From Raillietiella orientalis (taxonomy: Eukaryota), in NCBI GenBank assembly GCA_036172245.1, contig JAYWIR010000033.1, positions 2,170,001-2,234,000 of the forward strand: 64,000 nt of DNA. The letters are read 5' to 3'. Positions within the stretch are counted from its first letter, which is position 1, and each line of letters starts with the position of its first letter. Below are positions 1-13,444 of the stretch, one piece after another. The notes under the pieces are model-generated. The model did not search any database and was not told the origin of the DNA. It was given only the letters and a program-made list of their open reading frames with translations. Both the position numbers and the translations under genes were made by a program.

Positions 1-293
1 GCGCCGTGGGGATGGAGGTGTCAACATGGCAACGGCACAAACGGGAAGGCGTCCTCTTTGCCTCTTCCGTGGGGGACGAGGAATGTGGTGTGGTGGCTCT
101 ATACTTAGCAGAAAGTGCGGAGGAAGACGTCGCCTGCATCTCTGCGAAGGATGCGGAAGACGTGGAAAGTACCATCTATTCCTCCTTATATTCACTTTGT
201 TTTTTTCTTTCTGTTTTCATCCACAGTTTCCACCCTTCGACCCTGTTGGCTTACTGCTCACTCGAACTGTTAGTCGGTGGCCAGACCTCTTAC

Positions 294-568
294 TTCTGGA
301 GTGCCCTGAAGTCCACACGGGAAAGGCCTCGGTGTGGCCAAAGACATCGACGTACGTTGCACGGGAAATGCCTAGTTCAGCAACAGCGTCGCTGAGGAAA
401 AACTCCCAGAAATACCAAGACAACGAGCTCTGTAGCTCGCAGTGTTGAGCATTTGCAGATGCTCCGAGCACGATCTGAGAGCACGCGAGATCGTAGCGGA
501 TGTTTAGATTTTCGGCGCTGGCACGAACCGTTTCTTGAAAGTTCCAAGTGTTCCGGCGCGTGCTCTTC
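294..568 (-). other. Exon-like open segment of an unidentified, probably decayed gene
   Basis: Acceptor gattctccag and donor gtaaga bound a 91-codon open frame (KSTRRNTWNFQETV...ELGISRATYVDVFGHTEAFPVWTSGHSR). No firm family assignment. Confidence 0.35.
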
Positions 569-1239
569 CTGGAGAATCAAGGTAAATCAGCCAATAGTCA
601 CTTCAGCCTTCCTTCACATCGCATCTCATGGGAGCACCGGAGGAAGGCTGAGAGATGTGCAAAGGACAGCAGTCTGCGCTACTGGATCGTTGGACTGAGA
701 AAGGGAATCTGGAAGTGGACTCGTTCTCGAAGGGCCCATCGAGTCCGCTGGTGGTGATGGCAACTGGAGCACAATTCCTGGATAAGAGAAATGACGCTCC
801 AACTTTCGGATTGAAGATGGCACCTGACACGTCTCAGGATGTTTTACCTCTGAGAATCGAGGTTCGAACCCGGTCTCTGAAGCCTCCAGGTTTGCCAGCA
901 AAACACTCTATCCCTCACGTTTAGGTGAGTCTTTGCCTTCCAAGCCTGCGAGTCGTGTGCCGCCATCAGCCCACCGGAATTTCTTCCTTGGCGACGTTGT
1001 CAAACCAACGTCGCCAGAGGCTCTCGGGTTTGCGGAATTGATCTCCTCTTCTAATTGCCAGCTGAGTTTTGGGTCATCTGAAACGGTAAGAAAGGATGCG
1101 ACACGTGCCTACACGAAAAGAAAGTTCCTCATACTTCAGTGGGGGATAGGAATGAGAATGTTGCAGATGAGTATGGAGGATCAACGAGTGAAGGAATGGA
1201 CAGAGGTAGGTTGGACGGATTATCCAATGGAGGTGTGAT

Positions 1240-1960
1240 GCTATCACTGGTTTCTCGTCCACAATAGTCCTGATACGCCTTGTACCCCACCCTTCAGTCC
1301 GGTCCATTTCGTCGATGAGGAAGATGGAAAATGCAAACGTAACCTTCTTATGGGACTGTCACAGACTTCTTCCCTTTTGAAGTTTGCCCACGTAGCGGAA
1401 GATTGCCTACAAGAAGACTGCTGGTCACCCAAACAGGTCAACTTTCTTTCTAGCGGCTCCTCGGTAGCACCTTCGGAGAGTTGGAGCTACCCTTCAGTGC
1501 GGGTTCCAGTATACTGCTCAAAACGGAGCCACGAAAGAAATTTCTGCACGGCTCAGAGGTGAGCACATCTCTCTTAGGAATTCTCTCTTCGGACTTTTTA
1601 GTTACATTTACTTCTCCAGTGCATCTACAGCAAGACGCTGGGGTGCTAGTAGAACAGTCCCTCATTCCAGAGCACTTCCGGGGCATTCTGAGTAAATCTT
1701 TCTATACTCTGCTTCAGGGAGTATTCGTGTATGGTTCCCAGGGACTGCCGCGCTGCTATTGACCATGAGACGGACTCCGTGACTCCAGATACCACGCAGG
1801 TCATGCCCGTTGCCCAGCAGCCTTCACGAGAGAGCAGTTTTTCCTGTTATACAGGTGCAGAAGAGGGGTCACGCGGTACGTGACAACCAGCCAATGCACT
1901 TCGGGAATGCTCAGGCCCAGGATCCGCCCCTAGAGAGAATCCTTCTGCAAGCGAAAACCT
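1240..1960 (-). mobile_element. Highly degenerate Gypsy-type integrase remnant
   Basis: Frameshifted pieces resemble the integrase zinc-binding region (RQSLGTIHEY..IERFTQNAPEVLW) and the core SNG-AER-VQ region. Many stops. Confidence 0.3.
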
Positions 1961-3849
1961 GTGTAAAACGAACTGCATGCGACAGACGGAATCACAATGC
2001 AGTGAAGCTGTGCAATCGATGGTGTGACCTTCGGGTTGCCGGGCTACCTACTGAAAGCAAATAGACGCAGCTTTTACGACCAGAGACGCCAGACATGTGC
2101 TGACCAGAAAATGAGTGAGCCCATGCTTCCTCGTGGAAAAAAACGAAGGAGGGAGACCAGGGAAGGCGGAGAAAAAAAAATGACCAAGTAAATTGGAAAT
2201 GACCTGTGCCAATACTGAACATGATTGCCGAGGGCCTGCATCGGTCGGGGAAGGGATGGAGGAACGAGTCCACGTCGTTCTGCCTCACTATAGGAAGGTC
2301 CTCCTGCACCTTGAATCTCGGGCTGCACCAACCTCACTGCGTTTCGCAGGCAGGTGACGAAGACCGGAAACAGCTCCTCGGAACGACGGCCGCTCCTTTC
2401 CGCCGCTGAGCACTGCTCGCACCGGACACACGATCGCCCGAGAGAAGGCAACCAGTGAACCTGGAGAAGTAACCTCTTCCTAAAACAGAACAGTAACCCC
2501 CAGTGAACAAAAGTGTTTCAACTTCCATCCGCAAATCAGCCTTCCACATTCTGGAAGCACGTGCGACAGCGTTCCCACTATCCCACTGGAGTCACTCTCC
2601 TTCGACACTCTGTCCCCTGAGGCGTCGTGACTCCGCGTTTCGGAGGACTTGCCAATGCGCCAGCAAGATGGCAGCCTGCCTGCTGCTGGCCCGGAGGAAG
2701 GGATGACGCGTCGCCGAACAAGTCCGAGATCTCCAAATTTCCGCAAATCATTTTCGTCCGATTCTTCCCGAGCGACGAGGTCCTCTGGCGCGGCTTCCCT
2801 CGCTGCCCGAGGCGTTTCCAGCCGAGCGACGGGCTCGTTCAGCCGTCCACTTTGCGGGAGCATCTACGTCTTTCCCGTCCCACTGATCAGGGTGCGCATG
2901 GTGGAGGCGATGGTTATGCATGAGAGAAGGAGGAGGAAGAAGGAAAAGTGCTCTTGCAGGAACATTTGGACTCGATGAGGCTTTACAGCCGACAGGAAGC
3001 ATCGTGGTCTTCGGCAGGTCGCAGTCACGGCTCAGTCCCTGAAACCGATACCTGGAAGTGGAGAACCGCAGCCTCGGAAATGATGAGGATTCCTGCCCAT
3101 GGGATGGGATCCTGAGATGAAGAATAGGTGGGAGAAGTCTTTCCGCTCAGTCCACATGGTGCTTTGCAGCGGGTCAGCATCCGTAGCAGACAGTAGTCTG
3201 GGAAAGGTAGAAAGCCTTTTAAGGACACATATTCTAAAACTGAGAGGGGAAGAAAAAAATCACTTCTCGTCTTCTCGTGTCCTTTTAAGCGGCCGCCAAT
3301 GGAACCCACGCATCTTTCTCTTTCTTTGAACGCAGCAAGTTGGCTTTCCTTTGCTTTCCCGCTTCCGAGCAGCTTAATCTTTCCCTTACCTTTCGCTACC
3401 CGTCGCCGAAGATTTCTGCTCGTTCGTGTAGGATCAGGATCTGGGAGTCCATGCCTTTGGTCCCGCTGCTTCCTCTCGGTTCTTGAAGTTGTTGATGCGT
3501 CTCCCTGGAGTTTAGTGGAAAAGGGGGAAACTCGTTCTCTGCGCTGCGTTTCCGTCGGTGTGAACCGGAAACCGGAGCCGCCCATCGTCTCGTGTTCCCG
3601 TTGTCATAGCCGTTTGCTTGACATTCGAATCGGAAGACACTTGACCCGATCGAAGAACTCGTGGAACCAGATCGGAGCGAGTTTGGCATGAAGAGTTCCC
3701 CCTACGAATGATCCCATCTTGTCCTGGGGTTCCAGATCCGCCCTCTGGCAGGCGCCCGCTTCGCGCCCCTTGCGCCCTTTGAGCGACTCTCCAGATGGTG
3801 AGGCAAGGGAGTCAGCGTTTGCCTACTGAAACCATACTTCCGCGCTTTC

Positions 3850-5050
3850 GCTGAAAGCATTCGTCACCTCGAAGCTGATCCTTCATTCCTCGGCCTGCTC
3901 CTTGAGGATCCAGAGCACGATGCGTACATCGCTGTTCCTAGGATCTCACGTTCCCAGGGACTCCTGGATGATTGCTTTTTCGGTCGCCGTGTCTCCCTTC
4001 GAGGCAAAGTGCAGAGCCGCAAAGGATACTGTCCCACTTCACGTTTTCAGTGACTTCAGACGATCCGATCACCATCTTGTTTAGAGGACGGCAGAGTATC
4101 ACTCGAGATTTTGCAGCAGCCACGCGATTTGGCGGAGCACGTAAAGCAAACCTCCCTCTATTTCGAAGTAGCGTGGAATAATGGAGGCGCCGATGCTTCT
4201 CGGTTTGCGGCACGCTTCAGCAGGATGAGCGATGGGATAGACCAGTGTTCCAGAGCCATGCCAAGAGCGCCAATCATCGGAGCGATGTTCCAGTTCGGAT
4301 CCAGAGGCTGTGCAGGAGGAACCAAGTCATTCGGTCGCACCTTCGATCTGGGGAAGCCGCACAACATCAGACCGGCGATCTCACGGAGCACCCAACAGCC
4401 TCCGTGCTAAACGAAAAAGCACCCGAAAAGGGACGTGGCAAAGATGTTGCGCATCCCTGCCCTTGCAGGATTCCACTGTCGTGGAACGAGGGAGAGGGCA
4501 CGGTGCACTCTCTCCAAACAAGAGGATCGGATCTCCTTCGACGAGGGCGAAGCCATGCGCATTCACAAGTAGGTAGGGGATCTACTCACGGTATTTCTCA
4601 AGGAAGATCCTTCCTCATCATCGGAAGACGATCAGGATGCTAGGATTTGCGACGTCCACGTGCTGATCTGGATTCGTTCGCTGTTGTCGTAAAATCTGGG
4701 AAAAGAAAACTCAAATGAGACTGCAAGGGTCTGCGCAGGCAGAAGCAGGATCGAGACGTCGGCTACGCTACCAATGTTGGCGTGTCATCCGACTTCGACG
4801 GGAAGTGGACTGCAGCCCACGGTACGCGTCCAGCACCAGCTCAAAAATGCGATGCTTGCTTCTAAGGTCTCCATGTCTTCCTTCGAGGCAAAATGCAGTG
4901 CCATCACACAGTATTTGTCCTGCTTCGATCTCGCGTATGGTAAGGCTGAATGCGGATTCTCTGTGTCCAATATGATCACTGTGCCGTCTTCCTGAAGTAG
5001 TGGGTATGCTGGCAGTTTGTAATGGTCGCCTCAAATGGTTGACTGGAGAA
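3850..5050 (-). pseudogene. Degenerate ankyrin-repeat gene fragment
   Basis: Minus-strand pieces DKYCVMALHFASKEDMETLEA...VGCSPL, LLKRAANREASAPPLFHATSK and AALHFASKGDTATEKAII..DPRNSDVRIVL match the ankyrin consensus (G.TALH.AA..G....V..LL..GA). Frames are broken by stops and shifts. Segments near 3980-4030 and 4865-4915 are related to each other. Confidence 0.5.
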
Positions 5051-7959
5051 GGATGTTTATTCTTGAAGCTGCTTTGCACTTCGATAGAAATCCCGACCCT
5101 TTCCGAGGTGCTGTAGATGGAAAGGAGAACAAATGCGGAATTCCCTCTGTCTCTCCTTCAGCAAAACAAGTTCAAGTGACCTCTAGAATTTTCTTTTTTT
5201 CCTGGTATTCCGAAGATGAAGAACTCTCCTCGACTCGATGAGACCTTCGATGTTCACTGTAGCTTGAATGTCCATTGGACGCATAGTTTGGGACCTACTT
5301 TCTGCATTGAAGCATGGACTTCGAGGAATGGCGAATTTGGAAGGAGGATTTCTGGAAATAACATTACAGGATCGCAACGTGGAGATAGAGAAGACACGGA
5401 GATGGTCAAGTCTGTAAAGATCTGACCTCTCCATCTGTGCACATCCTTCGCTCATTCATTAAACAAAGCCCTATCAATAAGGTTTGATGACAAGTTTAGT
5501 GGTTTACCATGCAAACTAAGGATACTTTCAACTTTCACAACTTCTGCATCTCTGTTCTGCTCCATCTCTGGTAGATTAGGCACACAGCGTCAAGAGGTTG
5601 AATCATCTCTTTGTCTTCAAACTCCGGACATTCTTTTTCCTACAGTACAAATAGTTCTTACATCGCTACCAAAGGGGCTCTATGGAATCTGGAGTGAATT
5701 CCCTTAGATCCTCGTCCGATGGCGCCTCCTGAAGTCCACCTTCTGACCACCGGTAGTAGTGTTTTCTGGGGTGGGTCATGAGCATCAGGAGCTATGGATG
5801 CGAGGGGCTCATAGCAACCATGGATCGCGAAATTATCCGCCTCACTCGGCAGACTCCCACCCATCCCGAGGTGAATGCACATCGAACTGCACATCAATGT
5901 GATTCCTTCTTCCTCTTGGACGTATCTCGGTTGCCCCAAGACCTCCCTCCCCCTACAGCCAACCTCAGTTCGAATTTGGTAAAAGTTGACTGTCTCCCCA
6001 TTCGTTCCCCATTTCTGCGCCGAATGCGTCTCCCGATCCGTTCTCATGGACAATGCTCTAAGTTCTGTTACCGCCGAAACTTGCCCCGTGTCCAATCCCG
6101 CCTCTTTTTCGTCCAATCCAGCTTCCATCCGCTCTTCAGGGCAGCGATAATACAGCTTAAAGGACGTTTCCTGCCTACCTGGACAGAGTCTGTGAAAGCA
6201 GGACCCTGAGAATTCCTCGGAAGGATCGCTCGAAACGCGAATCTCGGGAGCGTCGCGTGCTTCTGACTACCCCGTGATCGATTCCAGAGGAGTGGGAAAG
6301 TCTGATCTGGAAGCAAATGGATAAGCGGGTTGTGAGCGCCGGAAACTTTCGAAAGATGACTCCGCCATGGACTTCCTTCTGACCTCACGACCACGTTCGT
6401 GCGCGGAGGGGGAAAAAGGGCGAAGGAGTGCGTGGCCCTCACTTATCCGCCCGTGTCACGGAAAGCAGGAGGCGCACGCGCTCGCTCTAGGAAGCTGGCC
6501 GGATGACCTCCTAGCGGAAACGCCGCAGCAGCGTCCCTTCGTCGTCTGCCGAAATCCTGCGCCTCCTTGGCCACCGGACTCTCACCGTCCGAGTGCCGCA
6601 GAGGAGAGAGCTCTGGCCGGGCTCGAGTGGCTGACCCTTCCGATGATCTGACCCGTGCTCAACCACCATGGAATGCAAGCACTATCCGTCGGGAGAGCTC
6701 CGTCCCGGGTGTCCCGAGACGCGGGGAAGTGGCTGCAAGAGCGTCCTGAGCATTTGAGGTTGGAAATTCAGGCAATCGGTTCTGGAGAAGCGTTCGATCC
6801 GGTGCTCCCGCCGGCTTCCCTTTTTCCGTCCTTGGAGACGGGGAACCGAGGAAGGAAGCTGCTCGTCCGAACGGAGAGGCAGCAGCACTCATCGCGCTCC
6901 GTTGTCCCAGAATGATCCATCATCATCGCCTTCCTTCCAGGATCTCTCACGAGACAACCTCACGCGAAGAGCGCACGCCAGCTCGAGCGAATCCACTGCG
7001 AGATTTTCCTCCTTTCGGTGGAGGACTGAACAGCGGTTTTCTAGGAAGCGGTGTTCAGCTCCCCGCTTCTCGCGTTGATACAGCTTGTAACCTGATACCG
7101 CTTGTTTCGGACCCGCGCCCCGACCTCCTGGAGGCGCTTGCTCGCTGCGGCGGAAGGGGTCTCCTTTTTTCTACCTGGGAGCTACCGGCCTCGCGTCACG
7201 CTCTTTGAATTCGACCGGGACTGAAGCTCCTTCGAGGAAGGCGTCCGAAAGGCCTGTCTGTCTTTCTCGATCAAGAACCGCCCTGACCCTGGAAAGTCCA
7301 TTCCTGTTCGGACATTCAGAAGAAGACTCCTCGTTCTTCATTTGCCTCGAGGCCAGACGGAACCAAAAAGAGCTCCGTTAGCAACCAGAGGGGTCTTTCG
7401 CCGCGTGTGCCAGTGTCTTCGCCTAGTGGGGGGCTTGCCGACTTAGGTCAGTGACTGTCGAGGTGGATGTGGCAGCTGCACCGCTGCTGGTGCCCACTGC
7501 TCCGCAGCTCCACGCGCGTGCCCAGCGCCCGTGTGGCTGCAGCCTTCGTGATGGTTTGCGTCCGGCGTGCCTCGCGTGTCCTCCGGATGATTTGTTGCTC
7601 CGCGAACGATCGTCTCGCCGCTTTCTCTCTCTCTAAGGAAAATGTCGGCGGCTTTCACGCAAGCAGCGACCTCAGCATAGAGGGAACTGTTGCGCCCTGC
7701 CCAAACTCCTCAAGAACCGGACATCCACAGAGACGTCAAATACTGATCTCAATTCCGAGGATGCACTAAGAGTCGAGAGGGGAAAAAAAGCAAGATTCGC
7801 CGTTGCTTCCCTGGGACTTCTGGAGGTGAAGCTGGGGATCACAAAGGAGGTGCCCTTACTCTTCAGATAGAGAATTTTCCAGAAAAGTTCCAGGAAGAGC
7901 CCGTTGAGAGATGGAAGCCCGTTCGGAAAAATCAAGTTGCGCTTCGCAGGAGAGTGCGG

Positions 7960-9300
7960 CAAGGATTCCGGAAGTGGAAGGAATGAAGTGAGCCTCAGTG
8001 CCTTCGAATATGTTGGTGTTCAGTGGCAGGCACAGAACCACTTGATGCTGAGAATGTTAGCGGATTTAAAAGAAAATCCTTAGCACATCTCGGCTTTACC
8101 ACCATCATGCTGGAGACTGACGCAAGATGGGATGAATTCCTTGCGATATGGACATGGCTACCCTCCTTGAAGCAAAAGATGAGGCTGCTGCATTTTTGTT
8201 TTTCCAGACTCTCTGGCCACACTGTCTCGTGAGCATCCCGAGCTTGGCTTTATGTGGATCATATCCTCAACAAGTGCGTCCATGATACCATGTGGTGATC
8301 ATGGGAAAGTTAATGAGCTGACTACCTCCTAACACAAGGAATTCATACGTGCCAACGGGACCATCGAAGTCAACCTGTTGCAGATTAAGGGCTTCAGAAC
8401 GAAGGCAAAATGATCATATCTGACGTCTTTTTCTATCATGGGTACTCGTCGACGGCGCGCAGAAGGAGAGGCGCGGAAGTAGAAGAGCAAACATCCAGGA
8501 TTGATTCATTTCTCCTCCTAAGAAGTGCCTGCCGTAGTAAGAGCAATCGTCTGCAGACTGGAAACCCAAGAAACGATGGAATTCGAAGGAAATTGTAGAT
8601 TCCTAAGAAGCATATGGAAAGGATTTGGTTTGCTCAAGCACATTATGCTCCTGCGATTTGTACTGGAAACATCCCAAGGAAAAAGGCGCCAAAAATCACA
8701 GATGTAGATGGTTGCTGAGGAGAGACAGTGCGAAGAAGGTGCTGGAAGCTCCCGTCTTCATCTGGCTGCACTCTAAGGGCACAGCATTTGCGAATCACAA
8801 GCACGAATAAACCTTTTGCACGTCTCCTGGAACGCTACTGGTGTGCATGAGTGGGTGCCACGTGTCGAGCATGACGGCGCACCTTCTTCTTCCCAGGACG
8901 AGGTTAGGTTGCGATGACGACTCCAGACCCGGTTTTCTAGTGACCACCTTCCGTCGTCCATGAGTCGACTTCTTGTGGTAGTCGTTGGAGGCGCTGTGCT
9001 TCCTGATGAAGAGTCGAGTCGAGACTGCTTCTTTTTCCGATGGATGCAGCCTTCCACAACAGCTCCAGAGACTCGCTTTTCATGTGCAGTTCCAGCTCTT
9101 TTCGGGCTCGTGGATAGACTGGGAATGGAGTACCGTATGTCCTTCTGGTGGATGGATCTGCATAAGAACTGGGAATTTCGCGAAAGATAGTCTCATGAAC
9201 AAAGTTATGAAGATCATTCTGCTGATTCAGAAATCCGCTAAGTCACTGACGAAAGGCTGCAGGAGGTGAGTTCGAAGGTTGAATGACGGATTCTACTCTC
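7960..9300 (+). mobile_element. Degenerate Gypsy LTR-retrotransposon pol remnant (RT end, integrase)
   Basis: In the expected order: HLMLRMLADLK (RT), LHFCFSRLSGHTVS (C.F...FLGH.VS), FARLLERYW (integrase zinc finger), GNFAKDSLMNKVMKI..VRRLN (integrase core). Stops and frameshifts throughout. Confidence 0.45.
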
Positions 9301-11120
9301 CCTGGAGAAAGGTGTATCTCGAAGACAAGCCATCGCGTCAATGATCCTGAGGACGGACGCCTCACGCTAAGTGAAAATCAAACAAATCCTCCCATCAGAA
9401 CAATCTTGCCTGATCAGCTCTCCTTCCTTTTCCTGTTTCTTTGGATGCTGATCTAAGGAGGAAATACTCTCTTAATTCTCTTGTTAAGAAGGGGTACGCA
9501 ACTGCAGTAATCTGGCCAACTCGATGCCGGTAAGATCACTGGCACACCTGAGTCCCCAGGATGAGTGTGAGTTGCAACCAATGAGATGGGCGCAGAATGC
9601 CTTTCTTCGACACTGGAGATAAATGCCTTTCCATCAAGGACAGTTGTCATGAAAGATGCATGCATCTCAGGAAGAATTTTGATCATATTTCACGGTAACA
9701 TTTCATGGGAATGCTCCTACTGCTCAGTGGCATGGACACATCTTTTCAAGATTTCAGAGAACATTTTTAGCGTATCAACTTCACTGAGATAGGGAGAATG
9801 CAACCTGAAATCATTAATCACACAACCTGATGAATTTATAAAGCCATCTGAAGATAACATTCCCGATAAAATCTTCCTGAAGGGCTTCTGGTGTTCTTTC
9901 TTCACATGCTCAGCTGGTGGTTCCTTGTTACACCCCCAATTCAGTACCAACTCTGTTCAGACTGACTCATTTGGGATGTATCGATGTATCTTCATGAGAA
10001 CAAGCAGTTCACGGGCTTTTCGACGTGCTCCTTTAGAAATATTCAAAGACTTCTGGAAAGAAATCATTAAAAGGTCCGCTAATGTGGAATTTAATGTGAT
10101 CGGCAGTCGCGTTTCAAATAAGTAAACGACTTCTGGACTTGCAGCCTGCAACTTCTTCTACATTTGAGGAAATAATCAGGATCTTGGTCTCGATACGTGT
10201 GCTAAATCGGAAAGCATGCAGGTATACAAAATAATGCATCCTAAATATATAACGATTTCTGCTTAAAAATTTCACGAAAATTTTGATGATAAACATGTGT
10301 CTGTATGTCGTGCAAAAATTCCACAGAAATGTTTCTCCATGGTTTTATGGAAAGTCTTCCTCGTGGTGAAACAAATGTTCCATTAACGAAAGGTGAGTTC
10401 GAGTGCTTTGCAGAATTCTTCCTTTGAAACTTCGTTTGTTCTTGCAGCACCCTTCTGCCCTTCGAAATGAGCTGCATAATTGATGACTCGGTAGCTCATT
10501 GCTCGAATTTAAGATGTGCTCCCAGTAGGAGCAGCGCAGAAGAGGTCGGTGTGGCTGTAAAGGGTACCCAAACTACACGTTTGGCGCCACCAATATCTGA
10601 GCATGCGGATTCGATTCAAGCACATCGCACCACTCGTGCACGCACACCTTCCCACGCGATTGTGCATGTTGACACCCCTCTAGCACAAAGTTCATTTTGA
10701 CCAACTGTGTTCTCATCGAAGAACGCATTGAAACTCCGCCTCGGAGAACCCTCGTAACGTGCATGTGGCTTCACCTACAACCTATTCTTTGAGGGAATTC
10801 TTAGCCTGTTCTAGAATCCAGAGGGATGGTTTGTTGTTTAGGTAACCTTTGCGCGCACAACTCCTTAACTCCTATCTTGACTGTATATTTTCAAGAACAA
10901 AAGCTGCGAGATGGCAGACATCAGGAAAATCCTTGGGCTGGATGGCGAGACGATTGGCTCAAGGTCGTGAGGATGCTCCGCTGGGCAGATCTCTACAATC
11001 ACTCCGGAAGAGAAGGGGATCCAGGAGGTTGGTTCTAAGGAATGACTTCATCCTTCCTTTGGGGAACTCGGCGATTCTGTTTTTGCATTGCGGTCTTCGT
11101 GCGAGATCATCTGCGCCACA

Positions 11121-11250
11121 GCACATGTCCCCCAAGTGCCCTCCAAAATAGCGTCCTTCTTGCACATGCCACCCAAGCTCCCTAGGAACTAGAGTCCTTC
11201 CCGCACGTGCCCCCCAAAGTGCCCTACGAACTAGCGTCCTTCCTTCGCAC
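11121..11250. repeat. Minisatellite, 3 copies of a ~41-44 bp unit
   Basis: Units gcacRtg.c.cccaag..ccct..RaactagcgtccttcY begin at 11121, 11162 and 11203. Confidence 0.85.
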
Positions 11251-12410
11251 TCTTATGGATTGTGTTGCCCTCCGACGAACGTCACATTGTCTCGAGGGGA
11301 ACTCCAGAGAGATGTTGTAAAGTGCCCCTTCGTGCTCAGCTCAGCGCCGCACCTGCCTCAGGGTGATTTGAACTGTGCAGCTGCGTCCGCGGCATATCTG
11401 CGGCACATGACTCAGAAAAAAGTGTGCAGCATCTCAGAAAAAAGTGTGCAGCAAGTGTGCATCGACACGACGACTCCTTCCTTCTTGAAGTGGATAGGAA
11501 TGCGGTTCCACCTGATAACCTGGAGGTTTCAGTTTTTCATCATTACTTCGTCCCACTGGCCTGAAAAGAAGGCGAACAGCTACATGTGTGCTTTCGCATG
11601 CATTTTAAGTCTTTAACTTTCTTTTCGCTAATGGAGATTATTGTAGCTAAAGTTGCGAGTTGCGCGCGAGAGTACGTAATTCATCTACGAATGAGCACAC
11701 ACGTGCCCTTGAAAGTACTTGAAATAAAAAAATTGCTTAGATAATTCAGATTGCAATTACGTATGGACCATCATCATGCTGATGACCATTTTTGAACACT
11801 GAAATTTTGGAATACGAGTAGCAACCATAATGATGGTTGACGTGAAGGCGAAGAGAAGCCTCACGATTCCGAAATGCAGTGGGATCTCTTCCGAGGGGGT
11901 CCGTCATGGCGTCCTCGACGAGCGAATGCGTTGGTCTGACGGCCAAAGATTGATTCGTAATTTCAGATCTGCTTTCCACGAGAGCCAACCTGCCAAGAGT
12001 CCATCTCCTTTGCAAACAAAAAGTTGCCGGAGGAGCCTCCGCTGCACCCGCTGACCACGGGGAACATTTGTGGAATTTCCCTCGAGTTCGAATAAAACCC
12101 TATGGAGGCATATATGACTCCTATGGAGGCATATATGGCGTCGGATGGAAACGCCCAGCGTGGACTGTGGACGCATCTATGCGTCTCCAGTGTAGTTCTG
12201 TCGGCTAACTGCTCTCGATTTTTCTCGATGTCGTACAGAATTCATCATGCTGTTTTTTCATCTTTGTGATGTCCTAAAAATGGGAATGGATTATTGATTT
12301 TAGTAGAATTATAACTGTAATCTTTAAATACATAATATATGTCTGGGAAAAATGTAAATATTTTATTGAATGTGGTGTAAATAAACAGTTGCCATGGTGA
12401 CTTTCATCAG

Positions 12411-12790
12411 CAGTGTGTGTAGTCGATCGGTGGTGCCTCGATGGAGCACGCGGTACGCAAAAGAGCATTCCGTCCACGGAGGTCGCAGCTGCGACCCGCG
12501 TGCTGCCAACACGGAGAGTTTCAATCTGATGAGCTCCGCACCCAAAGGAATGAGGGAGAGAGTCGGGAAGCCTTCAAAGGACCAGCGATGATGTTTCGAA
12601 GGCACTTCAGAAACAGAGAGAGGAAGCAAACGCAATCGACGAAGCGCAATCTTCGATATGAGGTGCCACGGATGTGTAGCTGCGGATGGATGCACGGACG
12701 AACTTTTTACGAACAACTTCGTTCATGTTTGTGATTAGGAGCAATGTGCAGGGGAGGCACGTCCAATGACCAGGGCTGTCCTACCTATAC
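12411..12790 (+). pseudogene. Possible degenerate P2X7-C-terminal-like (Kolobok accessory-type) Cys-rich domain
   Basis: Motif order C.C...C..M, CCQHGEF (cf. CI..H..F), NLRYEVPRMCSCGWMHG (cf. RY.AYR....W.HG), LRSCL (cf. IPSC). Frameshifts and a stop are present. Confidence 0.35.
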
Positions 12791-13444
12791 CATCCTTCAA
12801 TCATGCCTTGCTCTTTCTCATCTCATCCTTACGCTGCTTTCCCCATTTTGTCTGGTGTCCTGACCTCTGGTTTCAGTAAATCTCCTTGTGGTAGGGTGTA
12901 TGCGGAAGCACACTCCAGTTCCTTCCAAACCAATTCCTTCCGACCCCATCCATCGGCTAGAAATCTCCAGCTCTCTTGGAGCTTCCTCGTTCGTCGAATC
13001 TCATGACCCTAGGGCGATGCGAAATCAAATGAGCCATAAACACACTTCTCTGCTCTTGGATCTTGTTCGCTGTCGAGGTGCGGAAGATCACCTTCCCAGG
13101 ATCCCAATGAATCTTTCTAGCATGCTTCTTTCCTTAACAGGAGTTCAGAAATGGAAGGCTAAAACCTCAGCATGCTAACTTAAGAGTACAGGAAATCCAT
13201 CTGAATTTGATACATATGTCCATATAGAGAGGAGATCCACTGCATGTGCTGCGTTGGTCCACATGCTTGGTAAAGCAACACAACATGTATGCCTGGTAAC
13301 ACACATGCCATGCTGCATCAACTCACCTCTGAAAACTCTTCCTGGCGACTTCCTTCAAATTATGTCAACAGCCCACTTGCCTTTTGGCCCCGTCACTCCA
13401 GAAAGTGCGAGCGTGGCTTTCAGCTCTCTTGAATGCTTCTTCAT

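Noticed and set aside
9450..10150. hAT transposase C-terminal remnant (minus strand)
   Set aside because: Only a vague SSVEER-like motif; too degenerate to support without a search.
11121..11250. CRISPR-like array
   Set aside because: Contiguous tandem units with no unique spacers, no cas genes, and a eukaryotic context.
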